The notes beneath the pieces are model-generated. The model was not told the origin of the DNA, made no database searches, and saw only the letters and a list, made by a program, of their open reading frames with translations. A stretch of 38,344 bases of DNA, from sequence record SRR31156797_9282; one strand, written 5' to 3'. The position numbers and the translations under genes were made by a program. Shown piece after piece: positions 35,085 through 38,344 of the stretch (positions within the stretch are counted from its first letter, which is position 1; each line of letters starts with the position of its first letter).

Positions 35085-37022
35085 CTACTCCTGCGCTTCC
35101 TGTATTCTGGCTATGGCCTCCTCTGCCGCACTCACCAATTCATACTCGTCACTATTGGTCACTTGCAACAAAGCGGCAAACGCCTTTGAACCACCGATAT
35201 TACCCAAGGCTTCTATGGCCTTCATAACCACAAACCGATTTGCATCATCCAGCATATCAACCATCAAAGGAGCGGCCTCCTGCGTGGAGTGTTCACCCAA
35301 TGCATCCATGGCCCGAACTTTAACCCAATCATCTTCGTCGTTCAAAGCATCGATAAGATGCGGCATCGTATCTTCGCCATAGTGCTGACCTAAAATCTCA
35401 ACAACTGTCAGACGAACATCCTTGCTCTCATCGTTGAGCCTTTGCAGCACCAGGGGCAACCATGTATCCTTGTTGTCTGGAAATGAAGCTAGGGCTTCAA
35501 CGGCCACCCGCCTTATATCCGACTCCTCATCTTCAACGGCCTGTTGAAGAATCGACAGGTTATCCGATGAACTGAATTTCCCCAAAGCATACACAGCCAT
35601 GAGGCGATGGACCGGATTTTCACTGGTGAACATTTCCCTGAAACGCTCCTGCACACCAGGAGTTCCAATGGCGATACACGCGTCCAAAGCAGCTTCTTTC
35701 ACATCATCGTATTGATGATTCAACAATGGGAAAATATTATCGACGACTTCAATCAACTGAAGCTTTTCACCAAGCAAATACACGGCACTCTTCAAGACAG
35801 TACCGTCTGTATGCTCATTCAAAACCTTGATAAAGAAGTCCTTGGACTGCGACCGCCCTCTGTTGGCGACAACACTCACGATCTGCCGCTGCAAAGGCAA
35901 CCCAACCTGCCAAAACGCATCCATAAGGACCTGACAAATATCATTCTGCTCTATACACTCGTCAGGCGCGATCTGCGACAGGACTTGAACTGCCACCTTT
36001 GCCTCGCCAGGATTTTCTCCGAGCAAACCGACCTTGAGAGCTTCAGTCAAACCAATCTCGGCCAGAAATGCGATGATGACCTGCAAGCGATCCTGCTCTA
36101 AATCCTGATCCAACACTCCGGCAATCCGTAAAATTCCTCTGGAAGCTTCTTCGCCTCCCACATAGGCCAACCCCTGAATAGCGGCATCCTGAATTTCCAC
36201 ATCTTCGTCCTTAAGAGCCACCAACAGGTATTGCCTGAACCGCTCGCGCTCATCATCACTCAACAGAGTCAAGGACTTTCCGCCGAGAATCTTCACCACG
36301 GCCTTGACTATCTTATTCCGCAATGCTGTCGGGGAATCACTCATTCGTTTGAGCAACATGGTCACAGCTTTGACATTACCAAGCTCACCAAGCGCATCGA
36401 TAATCATGGAGGCAACGAGATCTGAGGCAGAATCCAAAGCCTTGACCAAAGCGTCTACCGAGCTGGCATGACCAATCTTTGTCAACGCTTCAATCACGGA
36501 ATACTGCACCCACTCTTCGTCGCCGATAGCCTGATTGAGGCTGGGAATAGCTTCAGTCATACCAAGCTCTCCGAGACTGACCGCCGCTTGATACCGGACA
36601 TTCACCTCAGGGTCTTTTAGCAAAGCATTACAAAGGGGATCAACGGCCAAAAGACTTTTGGTAGAGCCAAGAATATCTGAAACAAAAATCCTGATATCAG
36701 CATCTTCATCCAAAACCAATGCAATCAAGGACGAAATATCCTGATTGCCAACTTCACGCAGGATATCCATGGCCAGATTACGAACGGGAGCATCATCGGA
36801 GCGCAAAAGCGGGATCACAGCCTGCACGACTTCCTTGCCACCAATTTTTCGCAAGGAGCTATCTACGGCCTCCTGAATACCCAGATGATTCGTCTGAAGT
36901 AATTCAGCCAGCTTGGGCACGGCCTCAACGCAATTATTCTCGCCTGCCTTGAAAGCACTTTCTCGGACAACCTCTTTGTTGTCACTGCCCAAAAGTACAA
37001 GATATTCAGAACACTCCACCAT
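35085..37022 (-). CDS. HEAT/PBS-lyase repeat protein in the chemotaxis operon
   Basis: Many repeats of the type L.D.D..VR..A...LG, clustered at both ends of the protein. Confidence 0.9.
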   Translation of the reverse strand: MVECSEYLVLLGSDNKEVVRESAFKAGENNCVEAVPKLAELLQTNHLGIQEAVDSSLRKIGGKEVVQAVIPLLRSDDAPVRNLAMDILREVGNQDISSLIALVLDEDADIRIFVSDILGSTKSLLAVDPLCNALLKDPEVNVRYQAAVSLGELGMTEAIPSLNQAIGDEEWVQYSVIEALTKIGHASSVDALVKALDSASDLVASMIIDALGELGNVKAVTMLLKRMSDSPTALRNKIVKAVVKILGGKSLTLLSDDERERFRQYLLVALKDEDVEIQDAAIQGLAYVGGEEASRGILRIAGVLDQDLEQDRLQVIIAFLAEIGLTEALKVGLLGENPGEAKVAVQVLSQIAPDECIEQNDICQVLMDAFWQVGLPLQRQIVSVVANRGRSQSKDFFIKVLNEHTDGTVLKSAVYLLGEKLQLIEVVDNIFPLLNHQYDDVKEAALDACIAIGTPGVQERFREMFTSENPVHRLMAVYALGKFSSSDNLSILQQAVEDEESDIRRVAVEALASFPDNKDTWLPLVLQRLNDESKDVRLTVVEILGQHYGEDTMPHLIDALNDEDDWVKVRAMDALGEHSTQEAAPLMVDMLDDANRFVVMKAIEALGNIGGSKAFAALLQVTNSDEYELVSAAEEAIARIQEAQE

Positions 37023-37066
37023 GATACCAGTCCCCCATACAAATTTTGAGACTCACTCAACAAAAA

Positions 37067-38110
37067 CTATTTATACAAATTCGCCATGATGGATTCGGCC
37101 ATATCGTCCAAATCAACGACCTCATCCGCCAGATTTTCGTCTACAATGGACTTAGGCATGCCATAAACCACACAGGTAGAATCACTCTGTGCCAAAGCAC
37201 GCCCTCCCCGACCTTTGAGATCTCGTATCCCTTCGCGCCCATCATTCCCCATCCCTGTCAAAATAACGCCAAGCCCACGCTTACCGACGGCTTGAGCAAC
37301 AGAACTGATAAGAACGTTAGCAGAGGGTTTATACAAAGCGTCAGTGGGGTCGTCTGTAACAACCACATCAATGCGGCTGACCTTCTGATCCAATACGATA
37401 TGGCGACCTCCAGGTGCCACATACGCATGTCCCGGTCGAAAAACATCACCGGTTTCAGCTTCTTTCACAGTAATCGCGCTAACACCGTTCAGGCGCTCGG
37501 CAAAAGGACCAGTAAAAGCGGCAGGCATATGCTGAGCAATAACGATACCCGCCGGGAAATCAGCCGGAAACGAAGACAAAATTTTCTGCACGACTGGCGG
37601 CCCGCCCGTGGAAACACCAATAGCCACTACATCACGAACAGGACGTCCGTGAGCACGAGGCCTGACCTTAGCCGCCGGTTTCTTCCGAGCAGACGGACGA
37701 GCCACGTGACGCATTTTACGCATGGCCACAGTCTTAACCCGCTCAATAAGATCTTTTTCAATCTTAATGATATCCAGAGAAACCTTGGAAAGTTGTTTGG
37801 GAATAAAGTCGACCGCACCGAGCTCCATGGCCTTCAAAGTAGCCTCAGCTCCCTCGGTCGTCAGCGAACTGACCATAAGCACAGGTCGGGGCGATTCCAT
37901 CATTATATGACGAAGGGCGGTCAACCCGTCCATCTTCGGCATTTCAATATCCATGGTGACCACATCGGGATTCAGCTCACGCACCATGTCCAAGCCTTCC
38001 TGACCATTGCGCGCCACACCGACCACGGTGATACCCGGGTCCTTGTCGAGCATCGTGCTGATGGCCTTTCGCATGAAGGCAGAGTCATCCACGACGAGAA
38101 CTTTGATCAC
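37067..38110 (-). CDS. cheB: Chemotaxis response regulator methylesterase CheB
   Basis: REC VVDDSAFMR...DIEMP and esterase triad GVSTGG, QHM, GMGNDG. AAGGAG sits 8 nt before GTG 38110. Confidence 0.96.
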   Translation of the reverse strand: MIKVLVVDDSAFMRKAISTMLDKDPGITVVGVARNGQEGLDMVRELNPDVVTMDIEMPKMDGLTALRHIMMESPRPVLMVSSLTTEGAEATLKAMELGAVDFIPKQLSKVSLDIIKIEKDLIERVKTVAMRKMRHVARPSARKKPAAKVRPRAHGRPVRDVVAIGVSTGGPPVVQKILSSFPADFPAGIVIAQHMPAAFTGPFAERLNGVSAITVKEAETGDVFRPGHAYVAPGGRHIVLDQKVSRIDVVVTDDPTDALYKPSANVLISSVAQAVGKRGLGVILTGMGNDGREGIRDLKGRGGRALAQSDSTCVVYGMPKSIVDENLADEVVDLDDMAESIMANLYK

Positions 38111-38214
38111 GTATACCACTCCTTAGCGTCTTCCCTGCCGACATCCATTCGACAGTAATTCCTGCCACCCGCCAACTCCCGACGCACGGGAATTAATTTG
38201 TCATTCAATCTCCA

Positions 38215-38243
38215 ATCTTAGGCAGCTTTATAGCCTTTGTCCA
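38215..38243 (-). promoter_or_regulatory. Putative sigma70 promoter of the che operon
   Basis: TGGACA(38243-38238)-17 bp-TAAGAT(38220-38215). Confidence 0.5.
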
Positions 38244-38272
38244 CAACCTTGAAAAAACATATAAATTTTACC

Positions 38273-38301
38273 TTGCCTTTTTATCAGCGACGGGCTAAAT
38301 C
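38273..38301 (+). promoter_or_regulatory. Putative sigma70 promoter of the tRNA
   Basis: TTGCCT-17 bp-TAAATC, 13 nt before the tRNA 5' end. Confidence 0.5.
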
Positions 38302-38314
38302 CCTCTCTCGACAG

Positions 38315-38344
38315 CGGGATGTGGCTCAGTCTGGTAGAGCGCTG
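38315..38344 (+). tRNA. 5' part of a tRNA, probably tRNA-Pro (truncated by the window edge; anticodon not visible)
   Basis: CGGGATG acceptor 5' strand, TG, then D-arm GCTC-AGTCTGGTA-GAGC. A CGG start is typical of bacterial tRNA-Pro. Confidence 0.8.

Noticed and set aside
37046..38158. 370-aa plus-strand ORF
   Set aside because: It is an antisense shadow of cheB with no recognisable protein features.

Overview
This is a core-chromosome segment, most likely from a sulfate-reducing Desulfovibrionaceae bacterium (Pseudodesulfovibrio/Desulfovibrio-like). The taxon is inferred from protein character and gene order, not from a search. Left to right: a strong leftward sigma70 promoter at the edge; a CecR/TetR-MFP-RND efflux operon (-); an AraC-GyrI regulator; asnS; ftsY plus a five-domain S1 protein; two small sigma28-promoter-linked ORFs; an RluA pseudouridine synthase; a tightly packed OCD/mu-crystallin-EamA-addA-addB-PPC(DUF296)-lhgO run; a FabX/UfaA-like flavoprotein; a minus-strand run cpoB-dprA-hypothetical-HDOD-REC/GGDEF-xerC-cyclophilin; an unknown membrane protein; a cheB-HEAT-cheR-cheY-cheA operon; and the 5' end of a tRNA (probably Pro). 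I found no CRISPR array, IS, prophage or defence island, and I cannot claim a wholly new system. The best leads are: (1) one or two unannotated sigma28-driven small proteins, (2) an FtsY with an apparent tandem-duplicated N domain, (3) strong in-frame internal ribosome-binding sites in the AraC-GyrI and S4-RluA genes, suggesting TipAL/TipAS-like short isoforms, (4) a CheA with three Hpt domains, one lacking its His, in a che operon without cheW, and (5) an atypical c-di-GMP module sitting between dprA and xerC.
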